Shown piece by piece: positions 18,064-27,330 of a DNA stretch of 64,000 bases. The DNA is from Alphaproteobacteria bacterium (GTDB lineage: Bacteria > Pseudomonadota > Alphaproteobacteria > UBA6615). The DNA lies in the NCBI GenBank assembly GCA_022449545.1, contig JAKUPN010000006.1, positions 13 through 64,012 on the forward strand. The letters run 5' to 3'. The notes beneath the pieces are model-generated. The model worked only from the letters and a program-made list of their open reading frames with translations. It was not told the origin of the DNA and did not search any database. A program made the translations under genes and the position numbers. Every line of letters starts with the position of its first letter. Position 1 is the stretch's first letter.

Positions 18064-20034
18064 TTGTTGATCTCGAGTTTACTTATTGCGAATAGGGGTG
18101 AGATTGCAGTTAGAATAATAAAGACTGCAAAACAAATGGGTATACGTACCGTAGCAGTTTTTTCAGATGCTGATTCAGAATCCCTACATGTGACTGAAGC
18201 GGATGAGTGCATACATATTGGCCCTTCAAATGTGAGTGATAGTTATTTAAATATTGAATCCTTAATAAATGCAGCGACCCTTTGTAAAGTGGACGCTATT
18301 CATCCTGGTTATGGCTTTCTGTCCGAGAATTATATATTTGCACAGGCTTGCATAGATGCCGATATCCTATTTGTAGGGCCATCTCCAGAAACCATCAAAG
18401 TCATGGGAGATAAGTCAGCCGCTAAAAGTTTGATGCAAGATTCCGGAGTACCAATTATACCAGGTTATCATGGGGAAAAACAAACTCACGATTATTTATA
18501 TAAATCAGCGGAAAAAATCGGGTTTCCTCTCCTTATTAAGGCTTCAGCTGGGGGGGGTGGAAAGGGTATGAGAATAGTAAATTGTCTCACTGATTTTTCT
18601 GAATCTCTATCTGGAGCACAAAGAGAGGCAGATAACTCCTTTGGCGACAGCAAAGTTATACTTGAAAAGTACATCCAAAAACCTAAACATATTGAAGTCC
18701 AAATCTTCGGTGATGGAGACGGTGAAGTAGTTCATCTATTTGAACGAGATTGTTCAGTTCAAAGGCGTTATCAAAAGGTAATAGAAGAGGCACCGGCTCC
18801 TCAATTGCAGGTTGATTTAAAAAATAATATTTTATCGGCTGCTGTAAAGGCAGCTGAGTCAATTAAATATGAGGGAGCAGGTACAGTTGAATTCATAATG
18901 GATACTGAAGCTCCAGAACTTGATAAATCATTTTATTTTATGGAAATGAATACCCGTTTGCAGGTTGAACACCCGGTAACCGAAATGATTTCTGGTTATG
19001 ACCTAGTGGAATGGCAATTAAAAATCGCCTCTGGTGAGAATCTTCCCTTATCTCAGAATAAAATAATGCTTTCCGGACATGCTATTGAGGCACGTCTTTA
19101 TGCTGAGGATCCTATTAATGATTTTTTGCCTGTTGTAGGAAATATCAAAAAGTTACATGTGCCAGATGGTGAAAGAATTAGAGTCGATACAGGTGTATCT
19201 CAAGGTGATCTGGTTACCATCAATTATGATCCTCTATTAGCAAAAATTATTGTTCATGGAGAAGACCGAAATAACTCTATAAAGCTATTATATCAGGCCT
19301 TAACAGAATTAAGATGTATCGGAATTACCACGAATCAAGAATTTCTAATAGAGGTTTTAGGCCATTCTGTTTTTCATTCAGGTGATTACGACACAAACTT
19401 TATAAATGAATATAAATCGGATCTTATTTCTGAAAATCAAATAATAACTCATGAAGAAATTGTTTCTGCTGTTCATTTTCTATGTAACGAAAAGTTACGA
19501 ACAAGTCAGTCTGATGGCCTAGTAAACTCCCCATGGGCATTAAGTGATGGGTGGCGTCTGAATTTGCCTTCCCGACTTACATATCACTTCTTATTTGGAG
19601 CGGATAAGATAGATGTTGAAGTTTTTGATAACGACAATAAAGAATCCATAATTATTAACGGTGAATTGAGCCATTGTTCCTGGGATAATATTAGTGATGA
19701 TATTGAAATCTTCCGAAGTGAGGATAATATTTATATTGCTAACAACTATAGGCAAAAAAGATTAATCTATGTGGATCCAGAGGTTGAGTTTGAAATAGCT
19801 AAAGTGACGTCTGGGGGTCTTTCGGCGCCTATGCCTGGAAAATTAACAAAACTCTTTGCCAGGATTGGAGAAGCTGTAGAAGAGGGCGAAACATTACTGG
19901 TAATTGAAGCAATGAAGATGGAACATTCTGTTATTAGCCCTACTGATGGCTTTGTTGAAGATATATTCTATACCGAGGGTGAACAAGTAGAGGAAGGGGT
20001 CGACTTACTTAAGCTGAAAGTGGATAAAAAGTGA
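18064..20034 (+). CDS. mccA: methylcrotonyl-CoA carboxylase biotin-carboxylase / biotin-carboxyl-carrier (alpha) subunit
   Basis: 656 aa. Biotin carboxylase N-terminus IANRGEIAVRIIKTAKQMGIRTVAVFSD, ATP-grasp region, and a C-terminal biotinyl domain with EAMKMEH. TTG start after GAGGT. Confidence 0.9.
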   Translation: MLISSLLIANRGEIAVRIIKTAKQMGIRTVAVFSDADSESLHVTEADECIHIGPSNVSDSYLNIESLINAATLCKVDAIHPGYGFLSENYIFAQACIDADILFVGPSPETIKVMGDKSAAKSLMQDSGVPIIPGYHGEKQTHDYLYKSAEKIGFPLLIKASAGGGGKGMRIVNCLTDFSESLSGAQREADNSFGDSKVILEKYIQKPKHIEVQIFGDGDGEVVHLFERDCSVQRRYQKVIEEAPAPQLQVDLKNNILSAAVKAAESIKYEGAGTVEFIMDTEAPELDKSFYFMEMNTRLQVEHPVTEMISGYDLVEWQLKIASGENLPLSQNKIMLSGHAIEARLYAEDPINDFLPVVGNIKKLHVPDGERIRVDTGVSQGDLVTINYDPLLAKIIVHGEDRNNSIKLLYQALTELRCIGITTNQEFLIEVLGHSVFHSGDYDTNFINEYKSDLISENQIITHEEIVSAVHFLCNEKLRTSQSDGLVNSPWALSDGWRLNLPSRLTYHFLFGADKIDVEVFDNDNKESIIINGELSHCSWDNISDDIEIFRSEDNIYIANNYRQKRLIYVDPEVEFEIAKVTSGGLSAPMPGKLTKLFARIGEAVEEGETLLVIEAMKMEHSVISPTDGFVEDIFYTEGEQVEEGVDLLKLKVDKK

Positions 20035-20207
20035 TTATTTATCCTGAAGTATAGTTGGATATAAATAAGAAAGCTTTCTCGACATTCCTTTACTATGATT
20101 GGAAAAGGGCATACCAAAGAGCATTAAGGGTGGGGTATTTGTGTGTGAACTTTAAAATGAAAGTATGATAATATTTGTCGTTTTAACTCAATTTAAAAGG
20201 CCTGAAG

Positions 20208-20861
20208 ATGAATTATGTCCAGAAAACAACAGACAGCTCTGATAAATCTATAGATCAAATTTTAAATAATATGGCATGTCCAATTGACACCCGTATTCCT
20301 CCCATAGAACCCGGAAAAGAGTCACCGGAAGTGAATGAGCTTTATAATCTATGCCTGGATATGTACGGAATCGTGCCAAAATTTATTCAAGTCTTAGCTC
20401 ACGCACCCGGCGCAGCGAGAAGTTTTCTTGTATTCGATAGGGATATAAAAGTTGCTTCTCATAGGGAAGGAGATACAGAGCGGTCAAGAATGCAGGTGCT
20501 ATGCATATTAAAGCCCTCGCTAGATAATTCATGTCATAATTGTGCTCATCATAATGTAGCACTGGCAAGGCAGTTAGGATTTAATGAAAAACAGCTATCA
20601 TCAATATCTTCTAACTCTTGGAATCAGAATAATGACTTTACAGAAAAAGAAAAACTTATTCTTGATTGGGCAAATGCTGTGACTGATATGTCAGCGCGAG
20701 ATAAAAATACGCTTTTTACAAAAATGCTGAAGCATTTTTCACATTCAGAAATAGTAGAGTTTACATATACCACTGCTCTATGGAATTGCACTAATCGACT
20801 GGCTGAAGCAATGCATATAACGGCTGAATCGAATGATAAAGGTATAAATTGGGAAACATAA
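20208..20861 (+). CDS. carboxymuconolactone decarboxylase / AhpD-like family protein
   Basis: 217 aa. The CxxCxxHH core (SCHNCAHHNVALARQLG) is in the AhpD-like context. Assignment is by motif only. Confidence 0.5.
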   Translation: MNYVQKTTDSSDKSIDQILNNMACPIDTRIPPIEPGKESPEVNELYNLCLDMYGIVPKFIQVLAHAPGAARSFLVFDRDIKVASHREGDTERSRMQVLCILKPSLDNSCHNCAHHNVALARQLGFNEKQLSSISSNSWNQNNDFTEKEKLILDWANAVTDMSARDKNTLFTKMLKHFSHSEIVEFTYTTALWNCTNRLAEAMHITAESNDKGINWET

Positions 20862-20880
20862 AGAGATACTGGAGACAAAT

Positions 20881-21789
20881 ATGACAATGCCCAGTAAGGT
20901 TCGTATTTATGAGGTTGGGCCACGCGATGGATTACAGGCAGAAAAACAATCTGTTTCGACAGAAGAAAAGATAGAACTAATAGAAAGACTTGCGGAAGCC
21001 GGAATCAAATCGGTCGAATCAGGCGCATTTGTGTCTCCGAAATGGGTACCGCAAATGGCTGATAGTGTTAGTGTGTTGAGTAAAATTAAAAGAAAACAGG
21101 GGACTAGTTATCCTGTTTTGACACCGAATATGAAAGGGTTTTACGGTGCTCTAGAAGTTAAGGCTGATGAGATAGCTCTTTTCAGCGCAGCATCAGAAAC
21201 ATTTTCGAAAAAAAATACCAACTGCTCCATTAAAGATAGTTTGAAAAGAGCAGAAGAAGTAGCTGAAGCAGGCATATCGCATGGAATGCGCATTCGTGGA
21301 TACATTTCTTGTGCGTTAGGTTGTCCTTATGAAGGAGAAGTAAAAAAGGATAATATTGTGGAGTTGGCAAAAGCACTTCGAGAGATGGGGTGCTATGAAG
21401 TAAGCCTTGGGGACACAATTGGCGTAGGAACACCTCATAAAGCAAAAGAGATGTTAAGTGCAGTAGCTTCTGAGGTGCCAATCTCTGAGTTGGCTTTACA
21501 TTTTCACGATTCCTACGGGCAAGCATTAGCCAATATACTAGCTTGTCTTGAGTTAGGTGTTTCTACCATTGATACAGCAGTTTCAGGTCTTGGAGGATGT
21601 CCTTATGCACCTGGTGCATCGGGCAATGTTGCGACAGAAGATGTCCTTTATATGTTGGATGGGTTGGGTATAGAGACGGATATTAATTTTGATGAAGTCA
21701 TTAAAGCCGGTCAGTTTATATGTGAAGTCTTGGGACGAAAAACTACATCAAAAGTAGCACAAGCCTATGTCTCAAGAACAAATAATTAA
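20881..21789 (+). CDS. hmgL: hydroxymethylglutaryl-CoA lyase
   Basis: 302 aa. VRIYEVGPRDGLQ is the canonical DRE-TIM/HMG-CoA lyase start; also SLGDTIGVGTP, ALHFHDSYGQALAN, and a GLGGCPYAPGASGN cap. Confidence 0.9.
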   Translation: MTMPSKVRIYEVGPRDGLQAEKQSVSTEEKIELIERLAEAGIKSVESGAFVSPKWVPQMADSVSVLSKIKRKQGTSYPVLTPNMKGFYGALEVKADEIALFSAASETFSKKNTNCSIKDSLKRAEEVAEAGISHGMRIRGYISCALGCPYEGEVKKDNIVELAKALREMGCYEVSLGDTIGVGTPHKAKEMLSAVASEVPISELALHFHDSYGQALANILACLELGVSTIDTAVSGLGGCPYAPGASGNVATEDVLYMLDGLGIETDINFDEVIKAGQFICEVLGRKTTSKVAQAYVSRTNN

Positions 21790-21906
21790 CATTGTATAAA
21801 GTAAACCATCATTATTAGGTAATTTAAAAAGAGATCATGTATAATTCTGTAAAGTAATAGAATTATATAAATGGATCAGTAGAGCAGTCATGGAATATAT
21901 CATGTT

Positions 21907-22347
21907 ATGACATTACATTTGATAAAGCTTGCAGTAGGCGCTGAGTCTGTTCAGCATTTGAAAGATAGACAAACGCTTCGTTACAAAAGTTATAATACAA
22001 ATAATGGGAAATCGGATTTTCGTATATTAACCCGGAATATGCCCCGGCGTGGTGATGAAATTATAGATAAAGGTGGCTCTATTTTTTGGGTAGTAAAGGG
22101 ACAAATACTTGTAAGACAAAAAATAGTTTCAATTGAGTTATTAAAGAAAATGGTTAATGAAAGAAGATGTGCAATTTATCTCGATGTATCATTTATACCA
22201 GTCTACCCAAAAAGGTTTCGGCCATTTCAGGGCTGGCGATATTTAGAAGGAGAACTTGCACCGTCTGATTTACCGAAATCGAAAATGTTTGATAAGGAAC
22301 CTTCAGCTGAGATGGCAGCCGAACTTAGTGAACTAGGCTTGATATGA
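21907..22347 (+). CDS. conserved hypothetical protein (resembles alphaproteobacterial DUF1489 family)
   Basis: 146-aa ORF with balanced composition and no paralogous antisense ORF. The family call rests on memory of the pattern only. Confidence 0.45.
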   Translation: MTLHLIKLAVGAESVQHLKDRQTLRYKSYNTNNGKSDFRILTRNMPRRGDEIIDKGGSIFWVVKGQILVRQKIVSIELLKKMVNERRCAIYLDVSFIPVYPKRFRPFQGWRYLEGELAPSDLPKSKMFDKEPSAEMAAELSELGLI

Positions 22348-22421
22348 ATACTAATTGTTTCTCTCAAGAAGGTATGATTAATCTAATAAATAACATTTAT
22401 AATTACTCTTAACTAACTGTT

Positions 22422-22667
22422 ATGGAAAACAAAGATATTAAAAAAGAAACTTTCGAAACTTTGCTAAACACTATTTGGAATAAACCTGATGGAAGTGTCA
22501 TGGACTGTAATGAGTCCATAAAGGTTATTAGGCAGAATCTCGAAGAAATCCAGGAGGTATGTCAGGAGTCATTTGAAGATGCTATTCTAATGGAAGTTTC
22601 TGATGAACAATTTATCGAAGTTTTAGTGAAACTGGTTGAGGGTTTACATAACCCTTATAAAAAATAA
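22422..22667 (+). CDS. hypothetical small acidic protein
   Basis: 81-aa ORF in a 325-nt gap, Glu/Asp-rich, with no recognisable motif. Confidence 0.35.
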   Translation: MENKDIKKETFETLLNTIWNKPDGSVMDCNESIKVIRQNLEEIQEVCQESFEDAILMEVSDEQFIEVLVKLVEGLHNPYKK

Positions 22668-22671
22668 ATTA

Positions 22672-23682
22672 TCACGATTGGTTAATTATTTCATCAACCA
22701 GGATGTGTCGTTTTTCTTTTGCTGATTTTATGCCAGCTAAAACAACCGCAAGTGATTTAGTAGCACTTTCACCTCCGACTTCTACTTTGCTATTATTTAG
22801 AGCTGCATCTGCCCATTCGATTAACTGTTCAAGTAATGTGTCGACTTTGTCAACGGGGATTTTTTTCTGCTTTGTTTCATTTTGTCTAAGTGATCTAAGG
22901 CCATCAAATAAATTGTAGTAAGCAGACATCTTCTTTCCATATACATTCAGTAAATAATACTCAGAGGCAGAAGCGTAACTTGTGGAAAGTGAAGAAATGG
23001 CACCATTTTCGTGGTGCATTAAAAGGGTTCCAACGTCCGGGTTGTCACCAGGTAAAACTAGTTGCGAAGCCATTCCCGAGACGGATTTAATAGGGCCTAA
23101 CAACATTATTAAAACATCAACATAATGAAGACCTATTTGCAGCATAACGCCTCCTGGCATACCATCGGCTGTATACCGCCAATGGCCAAGCTCAAATTTT
23201 CCTTCTCTATCCCTACTTATATTAGCTTCTGCTTGAACTAACGTGCCAAATTCACCAGTATCAATTTGATTCTTAATCCATCTAAAATGACTCTCTCGTC
23301 TACGTTGGTATCCTATACTAAGAGTAATTCCGCTTTTCTTACATTCTTCAGTTATTTCTTTTGCTTCCCAAACGTTATTAGCAATAGGCTTATCCAGAAA
23401 AATGTGCTTACCAGAGTTTGCTGCCGCCTTTGTTGTTTCTAAATGGACATGATTGGGCGTTGTATTAATTATTCCATCTATATTTGGGTCATCTAAGATT
23501 TCTTGATAGCTGTTTGCGTTTGCGCATTTATATTTTTGACTGAATATTTCACGTTTGTCAGGTGAGCGCGTGTAACAGGAAACTATTTTCAACTGATTAG
23601 AAGATCTATTCACAGCGTCAGCTAGTACATCTGACCACCATCCTAAACCAATAGAAGCTATTCTGAATTGTTGTTTTGTCAT
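22672..23682 (-). CDS. Gfo/Idh/MocA family NAD(P)-dependent oxidoreductase
   Basis: 336 aa. N-terminal Rossmann IASIGLGWWSDV..., FLDKPIA, and the GYQRR motif. Confidence 0.85.
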   Translation of the reverse strand: MTKQQFRIASIGLGWWSDVLADAVNRSSNQLKIVSCYTRSPDKREIFSQKYKCANANSYQEILDDPNIDGIINTTPNHVHLETTKAAANSGKHIFLDKPIANNVWEAKEITEECKKSGITLSIGYQRRRESHFRWIKNQIDTGEFGTLVQAEANISRDREGKFELGHWRYTADGMPGGVMLQIGLHYVDVLIMLLGPIKSVSGMASQLVLPGDNPDVGTLLMHHENGAISSLSTSYASASEYYLLNVYGKKMSAYYNLFDGLRSLRQNETKQKKIPVDKVDTLLEQLIEWADAALNNSKVEVGGESATKSLAVVLAGIKSAKEKRHILVDEIINQS

Positions 23683-23697
23683 TATATATAACCGAGA

Positions 23698-25185
23698 CTA
23701 GTTAATTATTTGTTTGTATTTTCTATTGGATCTAAAAGACCAAACTACAGAAAAAATGGATAATATTATGAAGCTAAGACTTATTGGTGATGTAAAGAAA
23801 ATACTAATATCTCCTTGAGAACCTGTTAAGGCAACTCTTAGATTTTCTTCTAGTTGTCCCCCTAAGACCAATGCCAATAACAAGGGCACAACAGGCATGT
23901 CCAACCATTTCATGGAAATACCTATTAGCCCAAAGAAAAGCATTATATAAACGTCAAAAAAATTATTACGAAGCGCAAAGCTACCTACAACACAAAGTAC
24001 TGCCAAGGATGGCATTAATATTGAACGGGGAGTGTCTAAAACTTTAACAAGAATACGAAGAGATAATAGTGCAATTAAAAAATTAAATATATTTGCCCAA
24101 AAGAATGAAAATATTACACCATAAGCAAAATCGGCTCTCTCAAGAAACATTAGTGGTCCAGGGGCAAGACCATGAACAATTAAAGCGCCTATTAATATGG
24201 CTGTTACGGGATCACCAGGTATTCCCAAGGTCATCATAGGAATTAAGGCCCCACCCGTAACTGCATTATTAGCTGATTCAGGTGCAGCGACGCCCTCGAT
24301 TGTTCCACTACCAAATCTTTCAGGACGTTTTGATATTTTTTTTGCGTAGTCATAGCTAATGAAGGCTGCAATAGGGCCTCCTGCACCGGGCAATGTACCT
24401 AAGAAAGAACCAATCATTGAACCCAGTATTATAGGAGTTTTTACTATCTTAAGGTCTGAAACATTTGGAAGTATAGATTTTATTTTCGATTGGGTAACAG
24501 CGCCTAATTTTGTTTGATCGGATATGTGGCTTATTAACTGTGGGATAGCAAATAATCCAATAAGGGCAGTCAAGAAATGTACACCCGCCATTAGATTTAC
24601 TTCTCCAAATGTAAACCTTTGAGTACCCATGACGGGATCTTGTCCAATTGTAACTATTGCTAAGCCTATGGCGGCGGATAAGAGTCCCTTAATTAAGGAT
24701 CCGGCAGAAAAACTACAGATGATTGTCATGCCAAATAATATAATTGAGAACATATCTTCCGTTCGAAAATTTAATGCGAATTCTGCTAAAATAGGTGCTA
24801 CTAAAAATAAGAAAAGAAAACTCACTATTCCACCTATAAAACTTGCTGTTATTGCTATGCCCAATGCTCTACCGGCGTTACCACTTGAGGCCATAGGATA
24901 ACCATCTATGGCCGTTGCTGAAGCTGAAGGTGTGCCCGGTATATTCAATAATACAGCCGAAAAACTTCCTCCCGTCATGCCTCCTACATAAAGGCCAAGA
25001 AGGAGTGCGATTGAAACATCTGGTGGAAGAACAAACGTTATGGGCAAAAATACAATTATACCCGTGCTTATCGTCAGTCCTGGTATCATTCCCACTATTA
25101 AGCCAATTAGTACACCTATAGATGTGCTCAATAACACCATGAGACCGATCGATTGGTTCAAGCCAATTAATATTTCAGGATTCAT
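23698..25185 (-). CDS. tctA: tripartite tricarboxylate transporter large permease
   Basis: 495 aa polytopic membrane protein. The G-rich motifs (GLIVGMIPGLT, PGAGGPIAAF, GIPGDPVTA) are typical of TctA. Confidence 0.85.
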   Translation of the reverse strand: MNPEILIGLNQSIGLMVLLSTSIGVLIGLIVGMIPGLTISTGIIVFLPITFVLPPDVSIALLLGLYVGGMTGGSFSAVLLNIPGTPSASATAIDGYPMASSGNAGRALGIAITASFIGGIVSFLFLFLVAPILAEFALNFRTEDMFSIILFGMTIICSFSAGSLIKGLLSAAIGLAIVTIGQDPVMGTQRFTFGEVNLMAGVHFLTALIGLFAIPQLISHISDQTKLGAVTQSKIKSILPNVSDLKIVKTPIILGSMIGSFLGTLPGAGGPIAAFISYDYAKKISKRPERFGSGTIEGVAAPESANNAVTGGALIPMMTLGIPGDPVTAILIGALIVHGLAPGPLMFLERADFAYGVIFSFFWANIFNFLIALLSLRILVKVLDTPRSILMPSLAVLCVVGSFALRNNFFDVYIMLFFGLIGISMKWLDMPVVPLLLALVLGGQLEENLRVALTGSQGDISIFFTSPISLSFIILSIFSVVWSFRSNRKYKQIIN

Positions 25186-25670
25186 AGTATTACCTTGAGT
25201 ACTGCGTCATGTAATGCGCCCTGAGGTAAAAAAATATTGAATCCATAGCGGAATACAAAATAGAAAAGGAATGTCAGTCCAACTGAACTACTTAGTATGT
25301 AAAGTGGCCTTTTTTCTGAAAACATAACCATTAAAAATGAAAAAAAAGGGATTGTAGTAAAAAGAAAACCAAAACTTGGTAGAGTAACCAGATAGACAGC
25401 AAAACCTATTAGAGCAAATAAAGCCCTGAGATTGTGGTTGCTTTGCGTTTCTTCTTGTTTGAATTCTAGGTTAAAGTTTTTTGTAGAAAAAACTGAACTT
25501 AGTAGTAGCACAACGCTTAAAAATAAAATAATTACTACATTAATCCATGGAAAAAATGTAGGCCCTGGAGTGTCAGGAAGACTGCGCGTTGGGAGTTGCA
25601 GAGTCATAAGGCCATAAATTATTGTAATCACAATTATGACCATGGCGGCTATTATGTTTTTCCGGCGCAT
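25182..25670 (-). CDS. tctB: tripartite tricarboxylate transporter small subunit
   Basis: 162-aa four-TM protein. It overlaps the tctA start by 4 nt, giving a tctC-tctB-tctA order. Confidence 0.65.
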   Translation of the reverse strand: MRRKNIIAAMVIIVITIIYGLMTLQLPTRSLPDTPGPTFFPWINVVIILFLSVVLLLSSVFSTKNFNLEFKQEETQSNHNLRALFALIGFAVYLVTLPSFGFLFTTIPFFSFLMVMFSEKRPLYILSSSVGLTFLFYFVFRYGFNIFLPQGALHDAVLKVIL

Positions 25671-25747
25671 AGGAAATATTGATTCTATCTATTATCGAAA
25701 AAAAATGTACTTTTGTTGACTGTACTTAATAATGAGCGGGTCAGAAA

Positions 25748-25781
25748 AATTGGGCTGCTCATTATAATGAACAGCCCAATT
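25748..25781 (-). terminator. 34-bp near-perfect palindrome between tctC and tctBA: intra-operon attenuator/terminator hairpin or operator
   Basis: AATTGGGCTGCTCATTA|TAATGAACAGCCCAATT has one mismatch. On the minus-strand RNA the hairpin is followed by UUUUUCUGA. Confidence 0.5.
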
Positions 25782-25785
25782 TGGT

Positions 25786-26760
25786 TTATTTAGACTTTAA
25801 CAGTCCTGCGCTAGCAAAAATATTCTTTACCTTAGCGTTCTCTCTTTTGAGAAGTGCGCTAAAGTCCTTGTGTCCTAGAGGGGATACTTTAAATCCTTTC
25901 TTTTTCGCTAATGCAAGAAATGCTTCTGAGTTTGCAGCTTTTGTCATGGCATCAGCCAGGATTGTTTTAATATTTTCTGGTGTATTAGGTGGAACTGATA
26001 AACCACGGAAAAGATCTAATGAAGCATTATACCCCAATTCTTTAGCAGTTGGAACATTAGGAAATATTTCGTTTCGATTATCTGTTGGCATAACTAAAAG
26101 ACGTATTTTACCGGCTTTAGTAAGGTTAACTGCACCCGTTAGGGGGGCAATCATGGCATCCGCTTCTCCGTTTAGAACAGATTTATTTCTTCCCTTTATT
26201 CCTTTAGGTAAATGTATAACTTTACAGCCAACAGCATTCATTAGTGCTATTGCAGCTGTGTGGGTAGCACTGCCAGTCCCTGAGTTTGCGACTTTTAATG
26301 TCCCAGGAGACGATTTGCAATCGGTAACAAAGTCTGAAAACTTTTTCCATTTTGCATTAGCTTTTACCGCAAATGGTTGTGGCTGAAATTCAACACGCCC
26401 AACGTGATCCATGGCATCATATGAAAAATCAGTGTTACCCAAGTTAGTGGTTGTAAGAACAGATGTGGAATTCCAAGCAATAGTATATCCGTCCGGCTTT
26501 GAATTTTTGGTGTGGGTGTAAGCTATTGCGCCACCGCCACCTTTTCTGTTCACAGGTGTTAAAGGCACTCCAAGAACTTTTGACATTTCTTTAGCCAAAA
26601 GCCGACCTTCAATGTCTGCTCCACCACCAGCACCAAACGGAATAACAAATTCTATTGGTTTGTCGGGAAATGCTAATGCTGGAGTAGCTCCCACTATAAA
26701 TACGAAACTCAACAAATATTTACTAAAATGGTTCATAAATTTCATAATAACCTCTCCCAA
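25786..26760 (-). CDS. tctC: tripartite tricarboxylate transporter substrate-binding protein (Bug family)
   Basis: 324 aa with signal peptide. Bug/TctC pattern: IEFVIPFGAGGGADIEGRLLA, TPVNRKGGGGAIAY, WNSTSVLTT. Confidence 0.85.
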   Translation of the reverse strand: MGEVIMKFMNHFSKYLLSFVFIVGATPALAFPDKPIEFVIPFGAGGGADIEGRLLAKEMSKVLGVPLTPVNRKGGGGAIAYTHTKNSKPDGYTIAWNSTSVLTTTNLGNTDFSYDAMDHVGRVEFQPQPFAVKANAKWKKFSDFVTDCKSSPGTLKVANSGTGSATHTAAIALMNAVGCKVIHLPKGIKGRNKSVLNGEADAMIAPLTGAVNLTKAGKIRLLVMPTDNRNEIFPNVPTAKELGYNASLDLFRGLSVPPNTPENIKTILADAMTKAANSEAFLALAKKKGFKVSPLGHKDFSALLKRENAKVKNIFASAGLLKSK

Positions 26761-26778
26761 GTTTATATATCGCTAACG

Positions 26779-27216
26779 TTAAATATCAGCACCAATTGAC
26801 TTAATGGCGGCTAGAGCGATGTCCTGGTCCTGTTGCCAGTCACCTCCACTAACTCCTATACCCCCAACACATTCACCTTCCACTAATATTGGAAAACCAC
26901 CTTCCATGGCTGTCCATCTATCTGAACCAGCTGCTAGAGCTAAACCAATAGCGTGAAGTGTGTCTAAATCTTGTCCTTGAGCACCCTTCTGCGTTGTTGG
27001 TCGTTTGTTAGATGCTGCTGTAACTGCTTTTGTTGTTGACGAGTGAACAGTGTGGAATCTACCTCCATCCATACGCTCCAAAACTAACAAATGTCCGCCT
27101 GCGTCTACAATCGCTACTGTTATTGAAATGCCGAACTCATCCGCCTTTTGTATAGCGGTATCAAGCATCATTTTGGCTCCCCCCGTTGTTAAACGAGGCG
27201 TTGTTACAAATGACAT
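26779..27216 (-). CDS. GlcG/HbpS-like haem-binding protein (DUF336)
   Basis: 145 aa. ISITVAIVDAGGHLLVLERMDGG...GGFPI...GGIGVSGG is the DUF336/GlcG signature. It is the first gene of the tct operon. Confidence 0.7.
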   Translation of the reverse strand: MSFVTTPRLTTGGAKMMLDTAIQKADEFGISITVAIVDAGGHLLVLERMDGGRFHTVHSSTTKAVTAASNKRPTTQKGAQGQDLDTLHAIGLALAAGSDRWTAMEGGFPILVEGECVGGIGVSGGDWQQDQDIALAAIKSIGADI

Positions 27217-27330
27217 ACTAGCTAACTTTCTGTTTAATAACTAATTACTAAATATATTAAATACCGGGTATAATGAGCTTTGCTTGTTATAATGTCCACA
27301 TGTGGTTTTAACCTATTAAAGAGATTAACG

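Noticed and set aside
25781-26386. 201-aa plus-strand ORF antisense to tctC
   Set aside because: The tctC reading is supported by Bug-family motifs and operon context. The antisense ORF has no features.
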